A stretch of DNA of 64,000 bases from Bacteroidota bacterium (GTDB lineage: Bacteria; Bacteroidota; Bacteroidia; NS11-12g; UBA955). Positions within the stretch are counted from its first letter, which is position 1. The number at the start of each line of letters is the position of its first letter. The notes under the pieces were generated by a model. The model saw only the letters and a program-made list of their open reading frames with translations. It made no database searches and was not told the origin of the DNA. Made by a program: the position numbers and the translations under genes. Below, in pieces: positions 1 to 9,756 of this stretch. The stretch covers positions 16,567 through 80,566 of the forward strand of contig VGGQ01000001.1 of the NCBI GenBank assembly GCA_016868535.1. The letters run 5' to 3'.

Positions 1-1
1 A

Positions 2-205
2 TATGACGATTTGCTGAAAATCATTCTCAAAGTGACTGAAAAACCTTCGCTACGTTGTTATTTTGAATACCATACCTACAACCAGGACGATGAACAACTG
101 AATTCAGGATTTACGGAATTGTTCTTTGTGAAAAAAGATAATCTTAGGCCCACTACGCTAACTGTTTTCTTCGCCGGCATAATCGCTAAAGATTTTGAAC
201 CATGA
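2..205 (+). CDS. Acyl-CoA thioesterase (YbgC/4HBT hot-dog family), 5'-truncated by the window edge
   Basis: Frame is open from position 2 (YDDLLKIILKV...FEY...G.TEL.FV...RP), typical of the thioesterase C-terminal half. Confidence 0.7.
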   Translation, partial: YDDLLKIILKVTEKPSLRCYFEYHTYNQDDEQLNSGFTELFFVKKDNLRPTTLTVFFAGIIAKDFEP

Positions 206-1191
206 GCCGATTTTATCGAAACTATACCAGAGAGGAGCAAACTGAAGATGACTATCAGGAAAACCAGGTAGTAGAGTCAGACGGCAAGATTAACCGCTGG
301 CTAAAGAATAAAACTATCAGGGGTTTTGATGGACATAATCTGTATGATGTTGGGAAATACTTTCTAAACAGCTTGTTTAAGGAAGAGCTTAACCTGCGCG
401 CTTCCAGCCTCAGTTTTAACTTTTTCCTATCCCTTTTCCCTACACTGATATTTATTCTCACACTCATAGCTGCTATACCAATTAAAGGTGTTAAATCAAG
501 GCTGATAAGTGAATTGCGGTTATTGTTACCCGAAAGCACTTGGCAAGAGATATCATCTACCATTTATGAGCTGCTCAACAACCAAAACAGTGGGTTGTTG
601 TCATTGGGTTTCATCATGGCTCTCTATTTCTCCAGCAATGCTTTTCACTCGCTCATAAACAGCTTTAACCGCAGGTTGCCTGAAAAAGTAAAACGCAACT
701 GGCTGCAAAACCGCATTCAGGCAGTGGGTCTGACATTGCTCTTAGGCACTGTGGTGATAGTAGCCCTCATTTTTCTAACATGGATGTTTCAGCTGGGTGG
801 TTACATGCAAAAACACCACTGGTTTGGTCTGTCGCTGTGGCTGTTCATTATCTCACTCATAGAATACACATTGCTGGCTTGTTTGATATTTACTGCTATC
901 AGCAGCTTTTATCATTTTGGACCTGCCCACAAACACAAATGGCATTTTATTTCACCGGGCAGTGTATTTGCGGGAACCCTAAGTATACTAAGCACCTATT
1001 TTTTCAGTTTATATGTAAACAATTTTGACGCCTACAATAAAATTTACGGTTCTATCGGTGCCATTATTGCCCTTATGGTGCTGATCTATATCAACTGTCT
1101 GGCGGTTATTGTGGGTTTTGAACTGAATACAAGCATTGATAAAGCACGAATTAACAAAAAAAGAATGCAACCGGAAGATGTTTCTATTTAA
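202..1191 (+). CDS. YihY/virulence factor BrkB family membrane protein
   Basis: RASSLSFNFFLSLFP start, multiple TM helices, YNKIYGSIGAIIALM and GFELN motifs. Confidence 0.9.
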   Translation: MSRFYRNYTREEQTEDDYQENQVVESDGKINRWLKNKTIRGFDGHNLYDVGKYFLNSLFKEELNLRASSLSFNFFLSLFPTLIFILTLIAAIPIKGVKSRLISELRLLLPESTWQEISSTIYELLNNQNSGLLSLGFIMALYFSSNAFHSLINSFNRRLPEKVKRNWLQNRIQAVGLTLLLGTVVIVALIFLTWMFQLGGYMQKHHWFGLSLWLFIISLIEYTLLACLIFTAISSFYHFGPAHKHKWHFISPGSVFAGTLSILSTYFFSLYVNNFDAYNKIYGSIGAIIALMVLIYINCLAVIVGFELNTSIDKARINKKRMQPEDVSI

Positions 1192-1471
1192 TGAATATCT
1201 TCTCTACAGCACCCGCTCCCAGCTCGTTATTGATAGCTTCCAGTAACATAAAACGGCGATAAAACATCTCGTTTTTTAACGGGGTATTATCAAAAGTAAC
1301 GTACAGGGTTTTATTGATCAGCTTTATTTCGGATGTGTGTTTTGCTATCAGCGGACCGGTAATTTTTCCCCATGCACCTACCAGTTTTACTTCTGTAATT
1401 TTCTGTGTCAGCCTGTATTTTTTGAACATAGCCTCAATTACTGACGATATATTATTTTCTTTCTTATCCAC
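1184..1471 (-). CDS. DUF721/DciA family protein (putative replicative helicase loader)
   Basis: W.KI.G..IAKHT..I......LYV......LKNE pattern; likely GTG start at 1471 overlapping the permease stop. Confidence 0.8.
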   Translation of the reverse strand: MDKKENNISSVIEAMFKKYRLTQKITEVKLVGAWGKITGPLIAKHTSEIKLINKTLYVTFDNTPLKNEMFYRRFMLLEAINNELGAGAVEKIFIK

Positions 1472-3089
1472 GGGCCAGTTTACTTTTTTTGTATCCGTAC
1501 GCAAAATAAACCAGTAGGCCTATTCCAAACCAAACAAAAAACCAAAACCAGTTATTAGCAGACATTCCGGTTAACAGATAACAACATGTTGCCAGACCCA
1601 GTATTGGTATAAGATTCCAGTTTTGAAGAACACTCAACATCCCCAACACTGTCATACCTGTCCAGTAAATGAGTGCTTCAGGCGGTTCAAACTGCTTGTG
1701 AAAGTAATCAGGTGAAAATGTAAATACCAGCAATTGCAGCAGCACCATAACCATCGGAAAATAAACAGGCGAGACAAAAGGCAAATGAAAAGCGTCCCCT
1801 AGCTTCTCTTTTTTGGGCAATAACAACACGCCGCCACAAACCAGTACAAAAGCAAATAAAGTGCCTATACTGGTAAAATCCAGTACAAATTTCTCGTCGG
1901 TGAAAAGAATGGGGATGCCCACCACCAGGCCAGTAATTACTGTGCTGAATGCAGGGGTTTTGTATTTGGGATGTATATCTGAGAATTTTTTTGGAAGCAA
2001 CCCATCGCGGCTCATACTCATCCATATTCTTGGCTGTCCCATTTGAAAAACCAGCAACACACTGGCCATTGCAACAACCGCACTGATACTGACGAGATAT
2101 TCCAACCATACTATACCCTTGAACTTCAGAACCGAGGCCAGCGGATCATCCACACCCAGCATTTTATAGGGCATCATCCCGGTAAGGACGAGAGAGATAA
2201 GTATGTATAAAACCGTACAAACGAGAAGGGAATAAAACATCCCTCTGGGCAAATTTCGCTGAGGAACTTTGGTTTCTTCAGCCATGGTGCTGACCGCATC
2301 AAAGCCGATGAATGTAAAAAAGACTGCTGAAACACCCGCCATTACACCGCCAAAACCTTCAGGCATAAAAGGTTTTAAATTTACCGAATCAATATGAAAA
2401 AAACCTACACCAATTACCAGAACGATTACAATTAATTTTATTGCAACCATAATATTGGAAGCATTGCGACTCTCTCTAACACCGGTAAAGACCAGCCAGG
2501 TTATGAGTAGGTTGATGAGTAAGGCAGGAAGATCCAGAATAATACGCAACCCGAAAAAAACCGGTGCATTATTCCAGGCAAGCAAGTCTCGTGACAGTAA
2601 ATCCGGGGAGGTCAGTTTTGCAGCAGCCGAACATGATGTATAATCTGTGGTTATCCATGCAGGCATTTGAACCCCGAGATTTTCCATCAGGTGCACAAAA
2701 TATCCCGACCAGCTGAATGCGACGTAAATATTGCCTATGCTGTATTCCATCAGCAACGCCCAGCCGATAATCCACGCGAAAAGTTCACCAAACGAGGCGT
2801 AGGCATAAGTGTAGGCGCTGCCCGCAACAGGAATGCGTGAGGAAAACTCTGCATAACACATAGCGGAAAAGCCGCAGGCAATGGCACATAAAATAAATAA
2901 AAAGATAACACCCGGTCCGCCCGATGCGCAGGCTTGCCCTACAGAACTGAAAATACCGCCACCAATAATAGCCGCAATACCCAGCATGGTAAGATCCCTT
3001 ACCCCAAGTACGCGTTGTAGCACATGCCCTTCTTCCTGTGAAAAATCACGTTTGGTGCGCCTGATATTATGCCAGAATTGCTGTAACAT
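1464..3089 (-). CDS. APC-family amino acid permease
   Basis: LGIAAIIGGGIF, YAEFSSRIPVAGSAYTY, FIGFDAVST.AEE, MSRDGLLP motifs. Confidence 0.93.
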   Translation of the reverse strand: MLQQFWHNIRRTKRDFSQEEGHVLQRVLGVRDLTMLGIAAIIGGGIFSSVGQACASGGPGVIFLFILCAIACGFSAMCYAEFSSRIPVAGSAYTYAYASFGELFAWIIGWALLMEYSIGNIYVAFSWSGYFVHLMENLGVQMPAWITTDYTSCSAAAKLTSPDLLSRDLLAWNNAPVFFGLRIILDLPALLINLLITWLVFTGVRESRNASNIMVAIKLIVIVLVIGVGFFHIDSVNLKPFMPEGFGGVMAGVSAVFFTFIGFDAVSTMAEETKVPQRNLPRGMFYSLLVCTVLYILISLVLTGMMPYKMLGVDDPLASVLKFKGIVWLEYLVSISAVVAMASVLLVFQMGQPRIWMSMSRDGLLPKKFSDIHPKYKTPAFSTVITGLVVGIPILFTDEKFVLDFTSIGTLFAFVLVCGGVLLLPKKEKLGDAFHLPFVSPVYFPMVMVLLQLLVFTFSPDYFHKQFEPPEALIYWTGMTVLGMLSVLQNWNLIPILGLATCCYLLTGMSANNWFWFFVWFGIGLLVYFAYGYKKSKLARG

Positions 3090-3153
3090 CCTCTACCGCG
3101 ATATTACCTCTAAAAATCGGGTATTCGTATTATGAAAAATGATTTTTTGTGTG

Positions 3154-3161
3154 TAAGTTTG
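3154..3161 (+). promoter_or_regulatory. Bacteroidota -7 promoter element (TAAGTTTG)
   Basis: Exact TAnnTTTG match 7 nt before the GTG at 3169. Confidence 0.55.
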
Positions 3162-3168
3162 TGCTAAG

Positions 3169-3582
3169 GTGCGTAATTTTTTTGCATGGTCTTTTGCTTT
3201 TCTGATGCTGATAAGCAGCGGCAGTATGCAGCTCGCACTGCACAGTTGCCCCGGTAGTGGCATCTTTGTTTTTTCCGATTGCGGTATGCATGAGTCGGAT
3301 GAATACGATGATATTCCGGAATGTTGCAAAAAGAAATTTTCCGCTAAAACAAAAAAACAGAATTGTGATAATTGCGAGGAGTATTTTATCTTCAGCATAA
3401 CCCCGAAATTTGGCAGTATTGCTATCGCTGATACCTGCGAACCGCCTGTTTTTACCATTTCAAACAATTCTATCAATGTAAATACCACAGCCACACAACC
3501 GGGATTTACACATCATATTAAAACACAACTTCCGCCCAAACTGCTCGATTTTCAGGCGCTGCACTGCTCCCTGCAGATTTAA
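3169..3582 (+). CDS. HYC_CC_PP-like Cys/His-rich small protein
   Basis: N-terminal hydrophobic segment, then HSC, CC, CxxC and C-terminal PP motifs; sits upstream of HMA and TonB receptor genes. Confidence 0.7.
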   Translation: MRNFFAWSFAFLMLISSGSMQLALHSCPGSGIFVFSDCGMHESDEYDDIPECCKKKFSAKTKKQNCDNCEEYFIFSITPKFGSIAIADTCEPPVFTISNNSINVNTTATQPGFTHHIKTQLPPKLLDFQALHCSLQI

Positions 3583-3651
3583 TAATTCATTCTTTTCCCG
3601 GTTTTTCCCGCCTAGCGGGATTGAAAATGTATTTACCACAAAACCTAAAGA

Positions 3652-4002
3652 ATGAAAAACATGAAAAATCTCATTATCATTACCGTAGCTGCCATGGCAA
3701 TTTCCTTTGGCAAGCCACCCAAATATAAAACCATTTCCTTCACAGTGGAAGGAAGATGCTCTATGTGCAAAGACCGCATACAACAAGCACTGGATAAACC
3801 CGGCATTCGCAAAGCCATCTACAACCTGGATGAAAAAACACTGACTGTTGCCTATAATCCCAAAAAACTGGAAGAAATTCAGTTGCATAACCTTGTAGCC
3901 ATTGCCGGACACGATACCGAACTGGTGAAAGCCAGTAATGCGGCCTATATGGCTCTCCCGGATTGCTGTCGCTACAGAGAGGGAGCCAAATGCGACGACT
4001 GA
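3652..4002 (+). CDS. Exported heavy-metal-associated (HMA) domain protein
   Basis: Signal peptide, GRCSMCKDRI metal motif, AGHD, C-terminal LPDCCRY. Confidence 0.88.
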   Translation: MKNMKNLIIITVAAMAISFGKPPKYKTISFTVEGRCSMCKDRIQQALDKPGIRKAIYNLDEKTLTVAYNPKKLEEIQLHNLVAIAGHDTELVKASNAAYMALPDCCRYREGAKCDD

Positions 4003-6002
4003 TCGGATTATTTCTGTTGGTTATCGCTTCACATATCCACGCCCAAACAGATACAACCCTCCCCGGAAATGAGGTTGAAATTACGGGAGATCGAAAAGGT
4101 GTAATAAGTGGTAAAGGCATACAGAAATCGGAGATTCTTACGGAAACCGAATTTAAAAAAGCGGCTTGCTGCACCCTAAGTGAAAGTTTTGAAACCACAA
4201 ATACACTGGAGGTTAGCAATGCAGACGGGGTAAGTGGAATCAGGCAGATTGAAATGCTTGGGCTGGCCGGCAAATATGTACACATGAGTCAGCTAAACAT
4301 GCCGGCGGTACGGGGATTATCCATACTTACCGGACTAAACCATATTCCAGGCCCCATGGTTTCTGCAGTTCACCTATCCAAAGGCACAGGCAGCGTCACC
4401 GAAGGTTTTGAAGGACTGACCGGTGGAATAAACTACGCGCTCAAGCAGGAACCTACAGAACCCCGTCTGTTTCTGAACGCCTACCTCAACAATCAGTGGC
4501 GGGGCGAAGTAAACCTGATAACTAAGCAACGCATAAACCACAGAACATTCAGCCATTCATACATCCATTATGGTGGTCAGTGGAAAACAATGGATTTTGG
4601 CAGTGACGGATTTACCGATATGCCCCTATCCAACCGCATTTTCCTTGGTAATCAGATTTCGCGGTACAACGATAAAAATGAATGGGTTTTGGGATTTACA
4701 TACGTAAATAACGAAAGACGCGGTGGCGATTTACATCACTTTATGCATAAGCAACCGGTAAATAACGTCTTCCATTTCAACATGAAAGAAAAAAAAACCG
4801 ATGTGTGGGGTAAATTTGGTGTTTTCCTGAATAAAGAAGCAACCAGAAGTATCGGGCAAATTCTTCACCTAAAACATGAGCAAACCCATTCTTTACTGAA
4901 CAAGCTGAGAAACAGGCATTATGAAGGTGAGCAGTTCAGTCTCTTTTACAGTGCCATCTATGCCACACCCAACAAAAAACCCATCAGCACCAGAAGCGGT
5001 GTAAGCGTCATGATTGACAATGTTAACGAAACGCTGTCTGATTCTGGAGCTTTACTGTTTAATCCCGCCAGAAAAGAACAGAATTTCGGTTCCTTCTCCG
5101 AATGGGTTTTCAAATCGGGTGAAAGTAGCATTGTACTTGGTATCAGATCTGATTACAACAATCTTTTTGGCTGGCTGATAACACCCAGAATTCACGCCAA
5201 ATGGGAAATAGATGAAAAGGGTAAGATGATGCATTTTCAATCCGGTCGTGGCGTGCGAACCCCATGGGTGCTGGCGGAAAATTTACCTTTGTTCATCAGC
5301 AACCGCATCATCGATGTCAAAGATTACAGCGATGGCGGGGCATACGGACAACGGCGTGAAGATGCCATCAACACGGGTGTAAGCCTTACTCTGCCGTTCA
5401 GGATGTTTGGCTATCCTGCCAAATTCATTACCGATGCCTTTCATACCCGTTTCCTCCACCTGATTGGCACAGATCGTGATCAGCGACCGGACCTGATTTT
5501 GATTGGAAAAATTGACCAAAGCCGCTACAATGCCATACAAACAGACTTGCATCTGCAGCCACATCGCCGAATTGAAATGCGCATGAGCTATCGTTTTATC
5601 GAAAACTTGCTTTGGCTGGGTGGTAGCATGCGTCAGCAGCCGCTGTTATCAAAACACCGATTTGTAGGTATTATAAGTCTGAAGAACCGGAAGAAATGGT
5701 TCATGGATGCTATAGTTCAGTGGAACAGCCCAAAAAGATTGCCAGAAACCTCAAGCCTGCCCGAAAAGAATCAAATGCCAACCTGGAGCCCGGCCTACAG
5801 TATTGTGAATCTTCAAATCAGAAAAGATATTGGCAAAAAATGGGAGTGGTATGTCGGTGGCGAAAATTTGTTGAACGTTGTTCAGAGAAACCCGGTGCTT
5901 TCAGCTGAAAATCCAAATCAACCCTGGTTTGACGCTGCCTACGCATGGGGCCCCTTGAATGGGATATTTGCCTACACGGGTTTTCGGTTGAAAATCAAAT
6001 AA
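3990..6002 (+). CDS. TonB-dependent outer-membrane receptor, putative heavy-metal type
   Basis: Signal peptide from ATG 3990, plug with KAACCTLSESFET, GGENLLN and C-terminal aromatic beta-strand. Confidence 0.85.
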   Translation: MRRLIGLFLLVIASHIHAQTDTTLPGNEVEITGDRKGVISGKGIQKSEILTETEFKKAACCTLSESFETTNTLEVSNADGVSGIRQIEMLGLAGKYVHMSQLNMPAVRGLSILTGLNHIPGPMVSAVHLSKGTGSVTEGFEGLTGGINYALKQEPTEPRLFLNAYLNNQWRGEVNLITKQRINHRTFSHSYIHYGGQWKTMDFGSDGFTDMPLSNRIFLGNQISRYNDKNEWVLGFTYVNNERRGGDLHHFMHKQPVNNVFHFNMKEKKTDVWGKFGVFLNKEATRSIGQILHLKHEQTHSLLNKLRNRHYEGEQFSLFYSAIYATPNKKPISTRSGVSVMIDNVNETLSDSGALLFNPARKEQNFGSFSEWVFKSGESSIVLGIRSDYNNLFGWLITPRIHAKWEIDEKGKMMHFQSGRGVRTPWVLAENLPLFISNRIIDVKDYSDGGAYGQRREDAINTGVSLTLPFRMFGYPAKFITDAFHTRFLHLIGTDRDQRPDLILIGKIDQSRYNAIQTDLHLQPHRRIEMRMSYRFIENLLWLGGSMRQQPLLSKHRFVGIISLKNRKKWFMDAIVQWNSPKRLPETSSLPEKNQMPTWSPAYSIVNLQIRKDIGKKWEWYVGGENLLNVVQRNPVLSAENPNQPWFDAAYAWGPLNGIFAYTGFRLKIK

Positions 6003-6008
6003 ACCGGT

Positions 6009-6347
6009 TTACCCAAGATTTCTGAGTATCTTATTGCTTTGAGGAATTTTGTCGTGTACGTAATAATCAATCCAATTGCGAACCAGTTCAGGAAGAAACT
6101 CTTCCACCAAAACCCTCAAACGTTCTTTATTGTTATCTGACATGGGGCTTGAGCCCTGCACATTCATTATTTCGGTCTTCTCAAAAAGGCCATTCCTGAA
6201 TATAATTCTGGCCATAGCCACGTCATCGCCAGTGGTGGCATAGAATTGATTGGGGGTTTTATCTGAAGGAAATATAGAAACTTCAATACCTCTGTATTCC
6301 AGCAACGAAATTCGCGATGTTTTAACAATAGTTGCCGTCGTAACCAT
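6009..6347 (-). CDS. DUF4160-like protein lacking the His motif
   Basis: Colinear with recalled Bacteroidota DUF4160 proteins (EY.G...P......A.I...NG......NV.G..P......W.DY.V..K); ATG 6347. Confidence 0.55.
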   Translation of the reverse strand: MVTTATIVKTSRISLLEYRGIEVSIFPSDKTPNQFYATTGDDVAMARIIFRNGLFEKTEIMNVQGSSPMSDNNKERLRVLVEEFLPELVRNWIDYYVHDKIPQSNKILRNLG

Positions 6348-6374
6348 GTTTTTGTCTGAAAATAAATACTGTAT

Positions 6375-6382
6375 CAAAGATA
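6375..6382 (-). promoter_or_regulatory. -7 promoter element (TATCTTTG) for the DUF4160-like gene
   Basis: Exact TAnnTTTG on the minus strand, 27 nt before ATG 6347. Confidence 0.55.
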
Positions 6383-6383
6383 A

Positions 6384-7127
6384 TTATTTTTTAAACAGAA
6401 CTGGAATTGCGGCTGAAATTTCCTGGTATAATTGCTGCCATTCATGATTGTTTTTCAGCATATCTGCCTGCATTTGCATGCTGTTTAAATCTTCTCGGAT
6501 GGCAGGCCCTGTCTGGGCTTCCTTTGCCTGCACATGGTTTAATTTCTCTACAGTTTGCCGGATAATGGGCAATAACAATTTAAAATCAAGCCCGCGGGAA
6601 GCCAGAACATCGCCGGCAAAGGCAAACATGGCATTGCTGAAATTATTGGCAATAACCGCCGCCAGATGGGCTGTCTGCCGCTCACGCAGACCCGAATACA
6701 GCATTTTTGCACCAACCACTTCAAAAATCTGAGATAAATCCTTTAACAGTTCAGGGTCTCTGGCTTCGATAAACACAGGAACATCTTTCCATACCGATGG
6801 AACCTGCGCAGAAAACGTTTGCATGGGCCAGCAAACCGCGTCACAGGCCGAGAATATGGGTTGCATGCCACTACAGTGCACCACCACCGAAAAACGCTGT
6901 TTCAGCGCTGTCGCAGCCGTCTCAATAAAACGATCCGGAACACACAGAAAAATACCCGCATCGGCATCGGAATGTGTTTGAAAATCTAATACAGGTGCAA
7001 CATCAACAAAAGAGGGATTGCGGCTCAGCCAACCCCCGAATTCAATATTATTGGATTGCTGAAGAAGTTCACCCATTGACCTTCCCAGATTTCCGGTGCC
7101 TGCGATATACCAATTAGGCAGCTGCAT
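6384..7127 (-). CDS. Rossmann-like/DUF2520 domain oxidoreductase
   Basis: IAGTGNLG, VVHCSG, PMQTFS, HLAAVIANNF, QTGPAIRED motifs; ATG 7127 overlaps the ccmF stop. Confidence 0.88.
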   Translation of the reverse strand: MQLPNWYIAGTGNLGRSMGELLQQSNNIEFGGWLSRNPSFVDVAPVLDFQTHSDADAGIFLCVPDRFIETAATALKQRFSVVVHCSGMQPIFSACDAVCWPMQTFSAQVPSVWKDVPVFIEARDPELLKDLSQIFEVVGAKMLYSGLRERQTAHLAAVIANNFSNAMFAFAGDVLASRGLDFKLLLPIIRQTVEKLNHVQAKEAQTGPAIREDLNSMQMQADMLKNNHEWQQLYQEISAAIPVLFKK

Positions 7128-9753
7128 ATTGTTTAACCCGATGAAAAACCGCCATGGCAAATCCGATTAACATAATTATGGTTCCGGCCCAAACAAGGTT
7201 TATCCATGGAAATTCAATCGCTTTGATAACAATGTAATTTTTCTGGGGACTTCTTTCACCAGTCTTAATCAAAAAGCGGACTTTATCGGCAGTTTGACCG
7301 GGTTCAGGCACTTCAATATTTACTATATCTGCAAGCACCCCAAGTTCTGAACTGACTGCGGGAACCGAAGAAAAATCGTTTTGAGACGTATTCACAACAA
7401 ACTTCGGAAACAACATCGCCGAATCCTTCAGGCGAATGGCTGTAATACCCAACTGTACTCCTGCCCCTTCTTCACTGCTGAAGCGGCCAATACTATCAAT
7501 GCGCAATTTTACTTTACCGGATGCAGTAAGAATAGTTTCACCTGGCGCCGCGACGGTTTCCTGAAAATCACTGAACGGCTCTTTCTTTTCCAAGCTGCTC
7601 TCATAATTTACATGCGTAAAAATATCGCGGTTGATAAAATGGCGTGTGCTGGGCTCTGCTAACAGTCCCATTTTGGGATTATTCTGGATTTTGGGATACA
7701 GTGTAAATGAGTCTGCTATCGTTCCGTCTTTATTCAACCGGGCAAAAAACACCCTGAAATATTTGTCGATGGTATCATTGCCTTTTCCCTGAATGACATC
7801 CTGGTAAGATGCCGTGAATTCTCCAAGCTGAATAGGCCGCTTCTGATACAGTATCACATTCTCACGGTTAAACTTAACCGCTTTTTCATCCACTCCTCCA
7901 TCTTTATTAAGCTCGGAGGCAAAACGTATACCTTCGGTAGATGACAATACTTTTTGGTTTACGGAAGAAACCAATACACCCACCAACAGAATTCCAAAGC
8001 CTGCATGCGCAACACCTCCACCCCAAGCAAGCCACACAAGCTTCTGCTGTTGACGCAGGTACATTACATTGGCAACAAACAACATAACACCAACCAGCAA
8101 AAATAGCATGTATTTGGGCTGGCTGATGCCAAAATTCAGATTAACAACACCTGAAACTACCAAACTGATACCCAGCACCCAAAGCAGCTGCTTCCCCAGC
8201 ACTTTTGCATCCGTATCGCGCCAGCGAAAATACTGACCAACAGCCATGAGCAACATGACGGGCATAGCCATCCAGAGCTGAAAAGCATTGTATTCCTCGG
8301 GTTTGGGTGGTGCTTTGCTGAAACCAAACAGTTTGTTGAATACAGGAATTGATGTAGCTGAAAACACCTGCACCAATGATAAAATCAGAAACATAGCACC
8401 AATAAACATCCAAAGTTCGCGGCTTAGCCAGCGTTCATCATCCTGTACAGTTTTTGTTCTTGCATACAATTGATAAATAAACCATGAAAAAACGCCAGTA
8501 AAAACAAATACACCGGTCCATTTCGTGATTTGGGTAAGTTGCTCCTGATCCTTTTTCCCACCATACAAGGTCAGCAGACTGAAGACCAGCACCAGTGCTA
8601 CAAAACCCAGTATCACCGACCAGCGCAATTTTGCATTTTGCAGGGCAGACAACACACTTAGCATCATCAGTGACAACAGCAAAATCAGCAATTGTCCACT
8701 TAATCCCAGGTCGGTGAATGAATGCACACTGGCTTCGCCCAAAATACCGCTGCGGGTGAGGAAGGTGGCATACAAAACCAGCCAGAAACTGAGATGAACC
8801 AGCAAATGTGCGGTAAACAAATAACGGCCAGTATTTTTAGCAATCAGCAGCATGTGCGACGCTGAGGCCATTATCAGCCAGGGCATTAAACTGGCGTTCT
8901 CTACCGGATCCCAGGCCCAATAGCCACCGAATGAAAGACTTTCATAAGCCCAGAAACCACCCATGATAATGCCGGCACCCAGAATACCCACACAAACCAG
9001 GCCCCATGTGATAGCAGGAGTAATCCATCCACGATCGTTGTTTTTCCATAAACCGGCGATGCTGTATGCAAATGGCACCATGGCTGTAGCAAAACCCAAA
9101 AACAATGTAGGCGGATGTATTACCATCCAGTAGTTTTGCAACAATTGATTGAGTCCGTTGCCGTCTTTAAAGATTTGCAAGTAATTAGCAGGACCTCCGA
9201 TTGTTCCCATGACAGGAATTTGCAAAAAATCTGGCCTTTGTTCTCGCAGCAAATCAAACGGACTGCTTCCAATGTGTACAGACCAGTCTGCTGCACCCTG
9301 CCCCAACCCCAGCAGCATAGTACTCAGCCCCAGTTGCACAAAAGAGATTACTGCCATTACAGGACTCTCCCATTGTCCGGCTTTACGGAGCAAAATCAAT
9401 CCAAGAACTGCATTCCAGAACATCCAAAGCAGAAAACTCCCTTCCTGACCTTCCCAGAAACAGGAAATCATATAATATACAGGCAGAGCATTGTTGCTGT
9501 GGCGCCAGGCATAATAATATTCGTAACGGTGTTTAAAAATTATCCAGAAAAGAATCGTAAAAATGGCCAGCACAGAAAATGCCTGCACATAGAACATTCT
9601 GCGTGCCCAAAGCTTGTCTACAACTTCCTCTTTATTGGCTGACCGAAAATAGAAACAGGCCGAACCCAAAGAAGCTACCGTGCAAAGCACAATGAAAAAT
9701 TGCCCCAGATTTCCAGGCCACAGCATTTCACCATTAAACTGTATATTTTCCAA
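7114..9753 (-). CDS. ccmF: Cytochrome c synthetase CcmF
   Basis: WEGQEGSFLLW, IHPPTLFLG, WAYESLSFGGYWAWDPVENASLMPWL (WWD domain), SVHSF. Confidence 0.95.
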   Translation of the reverse strand: MENIQFNGEMLWPGNLGQFFIVLCTVASLGSACFYFRSANKEEVVDKLWARRMFYVQAFSVLAIFTILFWIIFKHRYEYYYAWRHSNNALPVYYMISCFWEGQEGSFLLWMFWNAVLGLILLRKAGQWESPVMAVISFVQLGLSTMLLGLGQGAADWSVHIGSSPFDLLREQRPDFLQIPVMGTIGGPANYLQIFKDGNGLNQLLQNYWMVIHPPTLFLGFATAMVPFAYSIAGLWKNNDRGWITPAITWGLVCVGILGAGIIMGGFWAYESLSFGGYWAWDPVENASLMPWLIMASASHMLLIAKNTGRYLFTAHLLVHLSFWLVLYATFLTRSGILGEASVHSFTDLGLSGQLLILLLSLMMLSVLSALQNAKLRWSVILGFVALVLVFSLLTLYGGKKDQEQLTQITKWTGVFVFTGVFSWFIYQLYARTKTVQDDERWLSRELWMFIGAMFLILSLVQVFSATSIPVFNKLFGFSKAPPKPEEYNAFQLWMAMPVMLLMAVGQYFRWRDTDAKVLGKQLLWVLGISLVVSGVVNLNFGISQPKYMLFLLVGVMLFVANVMYLRQQQKLVWLAWGGGVAHAGFGILLVGVLVSSVNQKVLSSTEGIRFASELNKDGGVDEKAVKFNRENVILYQKRPIQLGEFTASYQDVIQGKGNDTIDKYFRVFFARLNKDGTIADSFTLYPKIQNNPKMGLLAEPSTRHFINRDIFTHVNYESSLEKKEPFSDFQETVAAPGETILTASGKVKLRIDSIGRFSSEEGAGVQLGITAIRLKDSAMLFPKFVVNTSQNDFSSVPAVSSELGVLADIVNIEVPEPGQTADKVRFLIKTGERSPQKNYIVIKAIEFPWINLVWAGTIIMLIGFAMAVFHRVKQYAAA

Positions 9754-9756
9754 GCC

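Noticed and set aside
3093..3912. Minus-strand ORFs 3093..3494 and 3460..3912
   Set aside because: Antisense to the motif-bearing HYC_CC_PP-like and HMA genes
4789..4797. A9 run in the TonB receptor; similar 9-10 nt runs at 26311, 29145, 37047 and 49536
   Set aside because: All lie in intact frames, including purC, so there is no evidence of phase variation; they also show that homopolymers are not systematically mis-assembled here
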